A stretch of 64,000 nucleotides of DNA from Patescibacteria group bacterium (lineage in GTDB: Bacteria > Patescibacteriota > Microgenomatia > UBA1406), in NCBI GenBank assembly GCA_041665145.1, contig JBAYJK010000001.1, positions 99,464-163,463 on the forward strand, read 5' to 3'. Made by a program: the position numbers and the translations under genes. The notes under the pieces are model-generated. The model was not told where the DNA came from and searched no databases. It saw only the letters and a list, made by a program, of their open reading frames with translations. Below, one piece after another: positions 19,300 through 29,235 of this stretch (the first letter of the stretch is position 1; each line of letters begins with the position of its first letter).

Positions 19300-20832
19300 T
19301 TAACGTATTTCATAGTAGCCGATGTCCGTATCCACAATGGTAATTCCCCGAAGTTTTACGCTTCTGTCAAGACCCTGGTCATTCATCCACTTAGTTCTTC
19401 GCTCTTCGAAGTCGTCGCGCTCAAGAACAAACCAGCATCTGTTATTCACCCACTGTGTTTGTGGTTGGGGCAGACCTTCGGTTAACTTACGGTGCAGGAA
19501 AAGATAATCATATGTGTAAGGAATTACCGGTGGGGTATAAACTTTGACACAATACTCTTTGTTTGAAGATTTTACTTGGCTGCTTATATAATCAACGACT
19601 TTCTCCATTTTTATTAAACCCTCGGTTTCAGGGACACTTTTGAAACTTTTGACAGTACCGGTAAATCCGGTCAACGTCATTACTACAATAAGCGTGGCCG
19701 TCAAAAACTTTTTCACAACACTGTCCGTAGCACGGTACAGCAATATGGACAAAACAACAAGAAACAGAAGATGTATTCCTTCATAGTAATTTGCCCAAAA
19801 ATTATCTTTATAGAAAGTCGATAAGAAAAAAAGCCCTCCGAGTATAAATACGTAGAACTTCAAAGGTGAATTACCGGAATGTTTTTTGAAGGCAGCTACG
19901 ATAAGGTAGATAAGTAAGACCGATAATAGTGCCAAAATCCACGGGTTTGCCGATAAGCCTTCATAGTAGCCCTTGAATAAAACAATTCTGTCCTGTATTA
20001 CATCCCAATAGGGTTTTGGGTTGTAAAGGTGGGGTTTGATAAAAAATCCGATCAGCGTTTTTGTTTGAAGGAATTCATGCCTTATTTCAAAAAAAATTCT
20101 CATGGAAAATGCGATGAAAAGTCCTAATCCGAATAAAATCCCCGGCCGGAATTTCAATAGTGCAGAACGCAGATCTTTAAACAAGAGTGTGCCCATGAAG
20201 AACAAAGGAATCAAGAACATTCCAAAAGACAACTCAAATTCTGCGACAAGTCCCAAAGAGATGCCGAGTGGAAAAAATACCCACAAAGCGGTATTTTTAC
20301 TTTTTTGCTGGTTGTGGAGAATAACGTAGCTCAGCAAAGCAAAAGCGAGCAAAGCAGGCAGCACCATTATGTTATTTCCTATAAAAACAGAAGTCATTTG
20401 AAAATACGGCGATGTGGCTATCAATAGAGCGACCAATGCAGTAGTTGTTTTGTTAAAATACCGCAACAGGAAATAGGCAAGTACAAGAAATACGCCGAAT
20501 TGCAGTGCGAAGTTAAAGAAATAGAATCCAATCGGCGATCCTTTAAAAAGGAGGAATGGCACGACCAGAACATAGTACCACCATGCTCCATGAAACATTC
20601 CCGTAACACCGGTAGTGGGACCAAGAAACGTTGGTTTTTTGTCCAAGATGATTTTTGCTGCCTGTAGCATATCTCTTCCCTGATCATAGGTGTAGGGGAC
20701 CATATGGTTTAACAGCGGTTGGATACGAAGGGCAATAAAGAAAACGACAGACAGTGAAAATACTACCGGAAACCACCATTTACTAAAAACGGCCCGAAAA
20801 TCGGTTTTGTTATTTTTTTTTGCCATGTACAT
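19300..20832 (-). CDS. Polytopic membrane protein, putative GT-C glycosyltransferase ('YDQGRD' paralog family)
   Basis: Motif YTYDQGRDMLQAAKII...GPTTGVTGMFHGAWWYY and more than 10 TM helices. The ORF-track start 21042 overlaps the upstream gene by 233 nt; M at 20832/20826 (MYMAKK...) is the likely start. Confidence 0.5.
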   Translation of the reverse strand: MYMAKKNNKTDFRAVFSKWWFPVVFSLSVVFFIALRIQPLLNHMVPYTYDQGRDMLQAAKIILDKKPTFLGPTTGVTGMFHGAWWYYVLVVPFLLFKGSPIGFYFFNFALQFGVFLVLAYFLLRYFNKTTTALVALLIATSPYFQMTSVFIGNNIMVLPALLAFALLSYVILHNQQKSKNTALWVFFPLGISLGLVAEFELSFGMFLIPLFFMGTLLFKDLRSALLKFRPGILFGLGLFIAFSMRIFFEIRHEFLQTKTLIGFFIKPHLYNPKPYWDVIQDRIVLFKGYYEGLSANPWILALLSVLLIYLIVAAFKKHSGNSPLKFYVFILGGLFFLSTFYKDNFWANYYEGIHLLFLVVLSILLYRATDSVVKKFLTATLIVVMTLTGFTGTVKSFKSVPETEGLIKMEKVVDYISSQVKSSNKEYCVKVYTPPVIPYTYDYLFLHRKLTEGLPQPQTQWVNNRCWFVLERDDFEERRTKWMNDQGLDRSVKLRGITIVDTDIGYYEIR

Positions 20833-21634
20833 ATGATAACAAGTAATTAACGACAAGATGAAGCTTGGTGCGGAAAGGTGCATAAAGAAGCCCGAAGTAT
20901 AATTGGGACCACTTCTGTGTCTTTTGGTGAAATAACGAGCCTGAACCTCCGGTAATTCCCGCGTTCTTATGATAGATAACAACGTCCGGATTATAGTACA
21001 ACCTGAAACCTTTTTTTCTGGCACGTATCGAAAAGTCGGCATCCTCGTAATACAAGAAAAAGTGCTCGTTCCATGGCCCTACTTTTTCCAGGACATCTTT
21101 GTTGAAACATACCATGCACCCGGTTATAAATTCGGTTTCTTCAAAACGGTCATATTGGCCGCTGTCGACTTCGTCCACTCCCCGATGAGTAGCATACATA
21201 TTAGCCCAATCAAACAATCCGCCCGCATACCAAATTACACGCCCAAGTTCGGTTTTTGAATAATTCTTTTTATGAAACTCAAAACCTTTGGCATAGTATA
21301 TTTTCCCGCCAAAAAAATCCGCTGATAAGAACCCTTTACTGACATTCTCAATAAAATTGGGGGACGTGGTTACATCGTAATTAAGTACGCAAAATTGATC
21401 AAAACCGCTTTTCAGTGCCTGTTTAATACATACGTTTATTCCATGACTATAACCTTTATTCGAGCTTTTTACGATTTGTATGGGAAATGGAAACTTGTCT
21501 GTCGGTATATTCAGATTATTCGAGAAGTCGGCAACAAACAACGTGAAATCTTTACCGGTGTTTTTCACGAGCGAAGCAAGAAACTCATCGAGCACATCAG
21601 GCTCGTGTAAATACACAATTATTAATGCCAGCAT
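20810..21634 (-). CDS. GT2-family glycosyltransferase (rhamnosyltransferase-like)
   Basis: LALIIVYLHEP...LFVADFS...YYEDADFSIRARKKGF layout. Confidence 0.7.
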   Translation of the reverse strand: MLALIIVYLHEPDVLDEFLASLVKNTGKDFTLFVADFSNNLNIPTDKFPFPIQIVKSSNKGYSHGINVCIKQALKSGFDQFCVLNYDVTTSPNFIENVSKGFLSADFFGGKIYYAKGFEFHKKNYSKTELGRVIWYAGGLFDWANMYATHRGVDEVDSGQYDRFEETEFITGCMVCFNKDVLEKVGPWNEHFFLYYEDADFSIRARKKGFRLYYNPDVVIYHKNAGITGGSGSLFHQKTQKWSQLYFGLLYAPFRTKLHLVVNYLLSYVHGKKK

Positions 21635-21676
21635 TGCAATAATTTTAGCATAAACTGTGCTACAATAACCCTTGAT

Positions 21677-22609
21677 ATGGACTATTCACTGGTTATCCCG
21701 GTATATAATGAACAAGATAACGTTGAGCAGTTATATGAGCGTACCCGGAAAGTAATGGTTACCCTGAAGAAGAAATTTGAGCTTATTTTCATTAATGACG
21801 GATCGCACGATTCAACACAGGAATTATTAACCAAACTACATGCGGCGGATGACAAGGTTAAGGTAATAAATTTCTCCCGAAACTTCGGTCACCAGGTCGC
21901 AGTAACCGCGGGTTTAAAATTTGCCACTGGAAAGAAAATCGCGATTCTTGATGCTGACCTGCAGGATCCTCCGGAAGTGTTACCAACGTTTTTTGCCAAA
22001 CTGGATGAAGGTTTTGATGTTGTTTACGCTATCAGAAAACATCGGAAAGAAAATTTCGTGAAACGTTTTTCATATTTTGTTTTTTATCGTTTGTTGAAAA
22101 CAATTGCAAGTATCTCCATACCGCTTGACAGCGGTGACTTCTGTGTTATGTCGAGTCGGGTTGTATCACTGCTCAACACGTTACCGGAGCGTAACAGATT
22201 TATCCGCGGATTACGCAGTTGGGTTGGTTTTAAACAGGTCGGTGTTGCATACGACCGGGATAACAGGCATGCAGGAAACAGCAAATATACACTCCATAAA
22301 ATGTTTAAGCTTGCCTTTGACGGAATATTTTCATTTTCATATGTTCCTCTGCAACTCTTAACTTTTGCCGGATTTTTGTTTTTTGTGCTTTCAATAGTCG
22401 GGAGCATTATTACCGTGTACGCTAAATTTTTTACCTCTGTCTATATTCCGCGCGGTTTTCCAACAACCATTATCACGATTCTATTCATAGGGGGAATAAA
22501 TATGCTGGCGCTCGGGATTATGGGTGAGTATATCGGCCGGATCTATGATGAAGTGAAGCATCGGTCTCCTTTTATTATTGAATCAACATTAGGTTTAGGT
22601 GAAAAATAA
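21677..22609 (+). CDS. Polyprenyl-phosphate glycosyltransferase, GtrB/ArnC/Dpm1-like GT2 with C-terminal TM pair
   Basis: SLVIPVYNEQDN, FINDGSHDST, ILDADLQDPPE, and two C-terminal TM helices, as in bactoprenol glucosyltransferase GtrB. Confidence 0.8.
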   Translation: MDYSLVIPVYNEQDNVEQLYERTRKVMVTLKKKFELIFINDGSHDSTQELLTKLHAADDKVKVINFSRNFGHQVAVTAGLKFATGKKIAILDADLQDPPEVLPTFFAKLDEGFDVVYAIRKHRKENFVKRFSYFVFYRLLKTIASISIPLDSGDFCVMSSRVVSLLNTLPERNRFIRGLRSWVGFKQVGVAYDRDNRHAGNSKYTLHKMFKLAFDGIFSFSYVPLQLLTFAGFLFFVLSIVGSIITVYAKFFTSVYIPRGFPTTIITILFIGGINMLALGIMGEYIGRIYDEVKHRSPFIIESTLGLGEK

Positions 22610-23702
22610 ATTAATTCTGGTTCTCTATTTTGTATTGCTCGGTTTGTTTTCTGTTTATTCGTATGCGTTAGTCGATCCCAATTACACTCCGATTACTTCT
22701 CAAATATGGGAGTGGTTTCGCAACATTATGGTGCAGCTCGGGTATTATCAGAGAACATGGTCATTTGTCATCTACGTATTACTGACAAGTGGACTTTTTG
22801 TATTCCAATGGTTAGTGCTGAAGCAACACAAGGTATCCGTTATTAAACTGGCAATCGGAGTCAGTCTTCTCACCCTCGTGGCTTATCCGTTTTTGTCGCA
22901 CGATTTTTTTAATTATTTGTTTGATGCGAAGATAATCACTCACTATCATCAGAGCCCGTATAAGTTTGCGGCGTGGGACTTTACGGGAGATCCTGATTTG
23001 CGGTTTATGCATTGGGTACAGAGAACGTATCCGTACGGTCCGGTGTTTTTGGCTTTGACTGTTATCCCATCCTTTTTATCGTTTGGAAAGTTTCTGCTCA
23101 GTTTTCTATTTTTTAAGATACTGTGGTCGATTTTATTTGTTCTGTCGGGTGCCATATTGGAAAAGGTGAATAAAAAGGCTGCTCTTTTTTATATTACTTC
23201 GCCGCTGATTATAGTTGAGGGTTTAATAAACAGCCATAATGACCTTATCGGCGTGTCTCTTGCTATGTTTGCTTTATATTATGTCGTAAAGAAAAAAAGC
23301 ATTATCAGTCAAGGACTATTTTTTCTTTTGTCTATCGGAATCAAGTACACAACTGCACCGTTTGCGTTTCTTATGGTAAAGCATAAATACACAACACCAC
23401 TTATTATTGCAGGGTTCATTGCAACACTATGTTACAGTTACACAAAGGTGGGAATTCAACAATGGTATTTTTTGAACCTGTTTATTTTATTACCTTTTCT
23501 CATGCCGTATCTTTTAGAGCTGTCCGTACTTAGTGGCTTTCTTTTGGCATCATACTACCCGTATATAGTGTTAGGCGGTTGGGATACGTCCGAAAAAGTA
23601 ATACTTAAGGAACAGATTATTTTCTTAGGAATTGCTGTCACGGTTGCGATTTTTATCTTCAGAAAAATCAAATCTCACTTCAGCGGTCGTAACTCACGGT
23701 AG
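22599..23702 (+). CDS. Polytopic membrane protein (GtrC-like position; putative GT-C transferase)
   Basis: About 10 TM helices with no cytoplasmic domain. It overlaps the stop of the GtrB-like gene, suggesting translational coupling. Confidence 0.4.
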   Translation: MKNKLILVLYFVLLGLFSVYSYALVDPNYTPITSQIWEWFRNIMVQLGYYQRTWSFVIYVLLTSGLFVFQWLVLKQHKVSVIKLAIGVSLLTLVAYPFLSHDFFNYLFDAKIITHYHQSPYKFAAWDFTGDPDLRFMHWVQRTYPYGPVFLALTVIPSFLSFGKFLLSFLFFKILWSILFVLSGAILEKVNKKAALFYITSPLIIVEGLINSHNDLIGVSLAMFALYYVVKKKSIISQGLFFLLSIGIKYTTAPFAFLMVKHKYTTPLIIAGFIATLCYSYTKVGIQQWYFLNLFILLPFLMPYLLELSVLSGFLLASYYPYIVLGGWDTSEKVILKEQIIFLGIAVTVAIFIFRKIKSHFSGRNSR

Positions 23703-26068
23703 ATTACCCTTGCTGATATAAGGAGAGAACACATGAAAAGCAAAATCCCGATTTTAAACACCTTGTCGTCATAGGACATAATTACAGAGTGTGTTCCGGG
23801 AGACAACTGTATTCCCTGAAATGCATAATCGGCCTTCAAAATCTGAGACGTACGTCCGTCTACCGTTGCTCTCCAAGTGGGATAATAGGTACTATTCACG
23901 AAAAAGACACCGTCGTTGTACGTAGTTATTCGAAACTTCTTTGTTTGAGAAGTTAATTCTATTACTTGAACATTCGCCTTCTTCGTCGTGCGTGTTCTTT
24001 CTGTGGTGTGTTTCTGTATTTTATCTGTCGTTATTGTTATTTCATTTTTCGGATCAAATGTATCTGAAAGCAATACTGCCAGCGCTTTGGAATTGTCTCT
24101 TGCAAGTCGGACGTTATTGCTGGGTACGAAATAAAATTGGGAGTTAGCGTCTGTATTATGACGGATTGAGTATATGCCGTCTGACCATATAGGAGGGAAA
24201 ACGGTATCGAATTTCCTGTTCGGATTTCTGTTTTCCCACGGGGATTGGAAGGTTCTGTTCTTATCTACAACATACTTCACACTTAAAATATTCATTATTC
24301 TATCGGAAAAAAGACCTTCGTTTAAGTTGACTGCCGCCCGGTCTTGCACGTCCGGTTTACCTGTTCTGGCTGAGTATAGGAGTTCGCCATATTCCCGTAT
24401 ATAAAGCGGATCGCTTCCGTTGACTGCGGTTCCACCGAGCATCATCGCAAAATTTCCGTCCACATAATTGTAATATTTCTGCCCAAAAAGATTGCTGTGC
24501 ATATATTGAGCAATTGGGGTAGGAGGATAAAAAAACTCCCGCGGAGAAAAAGGTGTGTATTTTTGTGAGAATCGAACTATATCAACAATCTGGACTGAAA
24601 AAAGCAGAACGGTAATTATAAGGACCGCTGTACGGTTCGTGTTTTTCGCTAACAGCACCAACAATGTTATATCGATTGCAATAAAAAGCGTAGGCAGTAT
24701 TAAGTTGCGAATGGCAACGGGAAACCATTGTTGCAAATCGGGAAAGCGCATGACTACAAGAGTGGTGGTCCAGATGAAAACGGTAATCCCGAATAGCACA
24801 CCACATGCTATTATCATTCTTTGAACCCGCAATTTTTGAACGGGAAGATGTTGTAAAAAAAGGCATCCGGCCACGATGGAAGAAAACATGGTGATGCTTA
24901 AATTCCGGGAGAAAGTCGAAGTAGAAAATATCGGTATATTAAGCTTCCACAGTATGAACAGAAGAGGATTCTCAACAGAAAGAATAATGCCGATTAACGA
25001 CAAGCAGACAAAAAATAATAGGTTTTTATCAAGCCTCTCCTTTTTATAAAGTTTGATAATAGTGAAGACAAGTTCGGTGATGAATAAAACAAAGAATAGC
25101 GTCCCGACAAAAGAAACAGTTTCTGCATAATTGTTTTTTCCCCACCAATTACGGGTTACCAGATTTCCAAAAAAATCCGGAGCAAACATGGAAACCAGAT
25201 GGGGGACTTGAATGGATTGATCGCGGTAGAAGCTTTCTCCGGAAACCATATTTCGAGCTGACAAACCGTTCAACTGAAGTGTCGGAAGCAGCTGAGGAGC
25301 GCCCAGACAAAAAAGAAGCATGCCATGGAGCAGAAGCATTTTGATGGATATTTTTTTAAACACAGCGTAAGCATAGAACAACATTATTACGATACATGCC
25401 GTTTGAATGTGCCCGGAAAAAATAGAAACAGAAAGAGGAAGTAGCGAAAGAAAAAAGTATTTCTCGACAAGTAGCAGTGCCCATGGCAACATGGCATATG
25501 CGTATCCGATGGTACCCCACGGCAGCCATACGGTCATATACCCCGAGAACGCAAAGCTTAACCCACCCATAACAGCCACGGTCTTTGTGCAGGATACTTT
25601 ACGGAGAAACAAATACATTCCGATGCATGCGATAATCAGCTGTGTGATTATAAACAGATTATATGCTGAAGCGTACCCGGCTATGAAAAAGAAGATGTTG
25701 AACGGATTGAATACAGACGATTGTGTATTTGCAAGATGAGGTGCTCCGCTCAAAATATGCGGATCCCACAAGGGGATAATCCCTTTTTTCAATGATTCAA
25801 TCGTGTAGTATTTCATGGGGAAAACTACCGAGACAACATCGGACATGAGTATATTTTTCGGTTTTGTATATTGAGCATATAGATCAGGAGTTTTCTCCCA
25901 CGGCAAGTCTTTGTACGGGTGATAGTAATTAACAAGGAAATCAAACGGACCGATAACCAATTTTTTGGTGACGATTGGCCGTGCAAAGTATCCAATGACG
26001 GAAATACAAATTACAAAAGGAATCAGTAAACGGAATATCGCGACTACTTTTTTTTGATTAGTGCCCAT
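23675..26068 (-). CDS. Large (797 aa) polytopic membrane protein, YfhO/GT-C-like
   Basis: An N-terminal block of about 14 TM helices plus a C-terminal extracytoplasmic domain of about 200 aa, an architecture like YfhO-type membrane glycosyltransferases. Confidence 0.4.
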   Translation of the reverse strand: MGTNQKKVVAIFRLLIPFVICISVIGYFARPIVTKKLVIGPFDFLVNYYHPYKDLPWEKTPDLYAQYTKPKNILMSDVVSVVFPMKYYTIESLKKGIIPLWDPHILSGAPHLANTQSSVFNPFNIFFFIAGYASAYNLFIITQLIIACIGMYLFLRKVSCTKTVAVMGGLSFAFSGYMTVWLPWGTIGYAYAMLPWALLLVEKYFFLSLLPLSVSIFSGHIQTACIVIMLFYAYAVFKKISIKMLLLHGMLLFCLGAPQLLPTLQLNGLSARNMVSGESFYRDQSIQVPHLVSMFAPDFFGNLVTRNWWGKNNYAETVSFVGTLFFVLFITELVFTIIKLYKKERLDKNLLFFVCLSLIGIILSVENPLLFILWKLNIPIFSTSTFSRNLSITMFSSIVAGCLFLQHLPVQKLRVQRMIIACGVLFGITVFIWTTTLVVMRFPDLQQWFPVAIRNLILPTLFIAIDITLLVLLAKNTNRTAVLIITVLLFSVQIVDIVRFSQKYTPFSPREFFYPPTPIAQYMHSNLFGQKYYNYVDGNFAMMLGGTAVNGSDPLYIREYGELLYSARTGKPDVQDRAAVNLNEGLFSDRIMNILSVKYVVDKNRTFQSPWENRNPNRKFDTVFPPIWSDGIYSIRHNTDANSQFYFVPSNNVRLARDNSKALAVLLSDTFDPKNEITITTDKIQKHTTERTRTTKKANVQVIELTSQTKKFRITTYNDGVFFVNSTYYPTWRATVDGRTSQILKADYAFQGIQLSPGTHSVIMSYDDKVFKIGILLFMCSLLISARVIYRELRPLK

Positions 26069-27486
26069 ATTTCGTTGATGAATGATCCTTTTGTCATGAA
26101 CATAATAGCTGCCGAGTAACTGATTGCTCCTGCACCGAAAAGAACAACAGACTTCATGTAGTACGAAAAATCAAATCTCTGTATGATAGTCAAAATGACG
26201 GCCATAATTACTGTTGCGACTGCCGGTTTAAAAACGGATTTAATAAATTGAAACGGAATATTCCGTTTTAATTGCCATATAACCAGAACGAATGACGTTG
26301 CGTTAAGTGCAAAAGCAATAGATACACCGACCAAACCGAAGAAATGTATCGACAGGGGAACCATGGTCCAATTCAGGATAATCCATAGAATCATGAATTT
26401 CACGGATATCCTAACTTTTCCTATCGCATTGAACATGTTTATCGCCGGAGTCGTGAAGCTGACCAATAATGATGAGATAAGAAAGAAACTAAACGAGGGA
26501 AGTGCCGTGGTCCATTTTTGATACTTCGGAATAATAGCTACAAAAAGGGGCATCATAAAATATGCTCCGACAAGCACGGGAAAAAGCAATAAGCAATTAT
26601 AAAAAATAATCTTTTCCAAGCTGTGTGCAAGTTTTTCTTTGTCATCCTGCATTTTGGAAAAAACCGGGAAAAGGACCTTGTTTAAGTTATCGATAATAAT
26701 CCGCAGAGGTGCCTCTGCCCATTTTTTTGCCCACCCGACATAACCGATTCCCGATAATCCGAGCACATTTGCCATATACAAATTCAAAAGGTCATCTTTT
26801 ACGAAAGCAAGTAGCACATTTGATTGAAACGGGATGCCGAAACTCAGAATGGCTTTCGCGTGCACTTTATCGAAATACAACCGCGGCCTCCATTTGGTAA
26901 GTCCGTAAATGAGGGTCATTCCGGCAATCGAGCGGATAATGACAGCTATTGCAAGTGCGTAGATTTTGAACCCCGCCAACAGAAAAACAATACTTACAAC
27001 GTAGAACAAAGTGCTTTCAATTGCCTGTGTTGCGACTATCTTTGAATATTCCAACTCGCGTTCCAATCGTGCAGACGGAATAGACTTTAATGAAAGCAAA
27101 AACAAAGAAATCAACATTGCGATGTACAGTGTTATTCCCGACACGGAAAAATGATAAAACGTGCCGATAACCGGAGTAAGCGCGGCACCTATGGCGACGA
27201 TAGTTGTTACGAGTCCTATCTGTATGGTGAAGGCAGTATGATACTCGTTATCGCCCGGATTTTTGTGCTGAATAAGAGAGGCGGCGAGTCCTACGTCGGT
27301 GAAATAGTTGAAGATGGTCATGATCGACAAAACTATGAAATATAAACCGTATTCAGATGGCTGAAGAAAAATAGTGAATACCAGATTGGCAACGAGCCCG
27401 AGAATTGCCGAATATGTACTGTTTCCCAGAAAATACGCTATGCCAAGCAGCCCTTTTCGTTTGATGTCTGGTATTTTGGTGTTCAT
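26044..27486 (-). CDS. Wzx-like oligosaccharide flippase (MOP/polysaccharide biosynthesis protein family)
   Basis: About 12-14 TM helices; the N-terminal GLLGIAYFLGNSTYSAILGLV...LQPSEYGLY is typical of PF01943 flippases. Confidence 0.65.
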   Translation of the reverse strand: MNTKIPDIKRKGLLGIAYFLGNSTYSAILGLVANLVFTIFLQPSEYGLYFIVLSIMTIFNYFTDVGLAASLIQHKNPGDNEYHTAFTIQIGLVTTIVAIGAALTPVIGTFYHFSVSGITLYIAMLISLFLLSLKSIPSARLERELEYSKIVATQAIESTLFYVVSIVFLLAGFKIYALAIAVIIRSIAGMTLIYGLTKWRPRLYFDKVHAKAILSFGIPFQSNVLLAFVKDDLLNLYMANVLGLSGIGYVGWAKKWAEAPLRIIIDNLNKVLFPVFSKMQDDKEKLAHSLEKIIFYNCLLLFPVLVGAYFMMPLFVAIIPKYQKWTTALPSFSFFLISSLLVSFTTPAINMFNAIGKVRISVKFMILWIILNWTMVPLSIHFFGLVGVSIAFALNATSFVLVIWQLKRNIPFQFIKSVFKPAVATVIMAVILTIIQRFDFSYYMKSVVLFGAGAISYSAAIMFMTKGSFINEIWALIKKK

Positions 27487-27504
27487 CTTACTATAATAGC
27501 TTCA

Positions 27505-29235
27505 ATGAAGAGATTATTTCTTTCGGTATTCTTTATAGTAATCGCTTTCTCGATTCTCGTTACCATTTTACCACTTTTGAATTCCCAATATTTCAGCATG
27601 CATGACCGTCAGCACATCGTGAGACTTTTTTTACTTGATACGGCGGTAAAACAGGGGGAATGGTATCCGCGATGGGTGGATGGATTGGGTTTTGGTTTCG
27701 GCTATGCACTGTTCAACTTTTACCCCCCATTAATTTACTATGTTGCCGAAGCATTTCGCCTTGTGGGGTTCGGGTATATCTGGTCAGTGAAATTGATGAT
27801 TATTACCGGATTTCTTGCTTCTTTCGTCGGCATGTATATGTTGCTGAATAAGTTGGTGAAAGACAAACCGATTGCCTTATTAGGAGCCGAGCTTTATCTA
27901 CTGTCACAATATCACGCAGCACTTGTATATGTACGCGGCGCATTTGCGGAGTTTTTTGGTTACAATCTGGTTCCGTGGGTATTCTATGGCTTTTATCTTC
28001 TGGTTACAACAGGAAATATCTATTGGTTTGCAGTATCGTTTGCACTTCTTATACTTGCTCACCCGTTTGTAGCATTTCCATTCGTATTACTTTTTATTGT
28101 TTTTTATGTTGTTTACTCGATTTTCAATACAAAAGAGTTTATTGCAACAACCGCAAAGTTGATTGCGAGCAGTTTACTCGGGTTGGGATTGTCAGCATTT
28201 TTTTGGTTGCCGTCCATGGTTGAGCGTTCATTTACTTTGGTGAACACGGTTCTTACGAAACAGCTTGCGGACTATCGCGTACATTTCGTGTTTATTCGCC
28301 AATTATTTAACTCGGCCTGGGGGTATGGTGGGTCAATACCCGGTCCCGATGACGGTATGTCGTTTGAGATTGGGAAGTTACACATATTGTTGATTGGAAT
28401 GACCTTGATGAGCGTGACCTGGATACTCGTTAGAAAGAAACATGCGGTAAACAGAACCCACCACATTATCATGCCATTTATTTTTCTGATCGTTTTTTCC
28501 GCTTTTATGGTCACCGGAAAGTCTCAATTTATTTGGGATAGCATATCCTTTTTGTGGTATTTGCAGTTTCCGTGGCGTTTCCTGGTGTTCGTATCGTTCT
28601 TCAGTAGTGTAGTCGGTGTCATGTGGTTGTTGTTCATAAGAAAAAACCACCAACCGCTGTTACTACTTATAATATCGCTGTCTGCGTTACTCTTTTACGG
28701 CAGGTTGTTTAAGCCTGAGAAATTGATCAGCGGAAATGACGATGTATATGTGACTCCCCATGAAATTTCCTGGGAACAAAGTCATAGTTCGTATGAATTC
28801 ATGTATAAAGATGTCCAAACAGTTGTTAAAGGTAATTCCAGAAGTTTTGTTTTGACGGAGAAAGAATTGCCGAAGGCGCTGTTTGCTACCGGGAGTATCG
28901 ACGCGCGAGGTAAAACTCTCGGAGATTTATATGAACGTAAATCATTTTCAGTAAGTTCCCGGCAAGGTACGTCATTTACTTTGAACCGTTCTTACTTTCC
29001 CGGATGGAAGGCGTTTATTGATGGGAAACAAACAGAAATTACTCCGATGGGACCGACTCAGGTAATGAATATCCAAGTGCCGCAAGGAATGCATACCGTG
29101 GTATTCAAATTTACGGATACCCCAATACGTAGTGTGGGGTGGGTTGTCACAGCTTTTTCTGTATTACTGCTATTTCAACCCAAAAAGATATACAACATTG
29201 CCACTCGGTCGGGGAAACCGCTGAAGCAGTCGTAG
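27505..29235 (+). CDS. Polytopic membrane protein, YfhO/PTPS-related-like GT-C
   Basis: N-terminal motif MHDRQHIVRL...GEWYPRWVDGLGFGFGYALFNFYPPL followed by many TM helices and a C-terminal beta-rich domain. Confidence 0.45.
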   Translation: MKRLFLSVFFIVIAFSILVTILPLLNSQYFSMHDRQHIVRLFLLDTAVKQGEWYPRWVDGLGFGFGYALFNFYPPLIYYVAEAFRLVGFGYIWSVKLMIITGFLASFVGMYMLLNKLVKDKPIALLGAELYLLSQYHAALVYVRGAFAEFFGYNLVPWVFYGFYLLVTTGNIYWFAVSFALLILAHPFVAFPFVLLFIVFYVVYSIFNTKEFIATTAKLIASSLLGLGLSAFFWLPSMVERSFTLVNTVLTKQLADYRVHFVFIRQLFNSAWGYGGSIPGPDDGMSFEIGKLHILLIGMTLMSVTWILVRKKHAVNRTHHIIMPFIFLIVFSAFMVTGKSQFIWDSISFLWYLQFPWRFLVFVSFFSSVVGVMWLLFIRKNHQPLLLLIISLSALLFYGRLFKPEKLISGNDDVYVTPHEISWEQSHSSYEFMYKDVQTVVKGNSRSFVLTEKELPKALFATGSIDARGKTLGDLYERKSFSVSSRQGTSFTLNRSYFPGWKAFIDGKQTEITPMGPTQVMNIQVPQGMHTVVFKFTDTPIRSVGWVVTAFSVLLLFQPKKIYNIATRSGKPLKQS

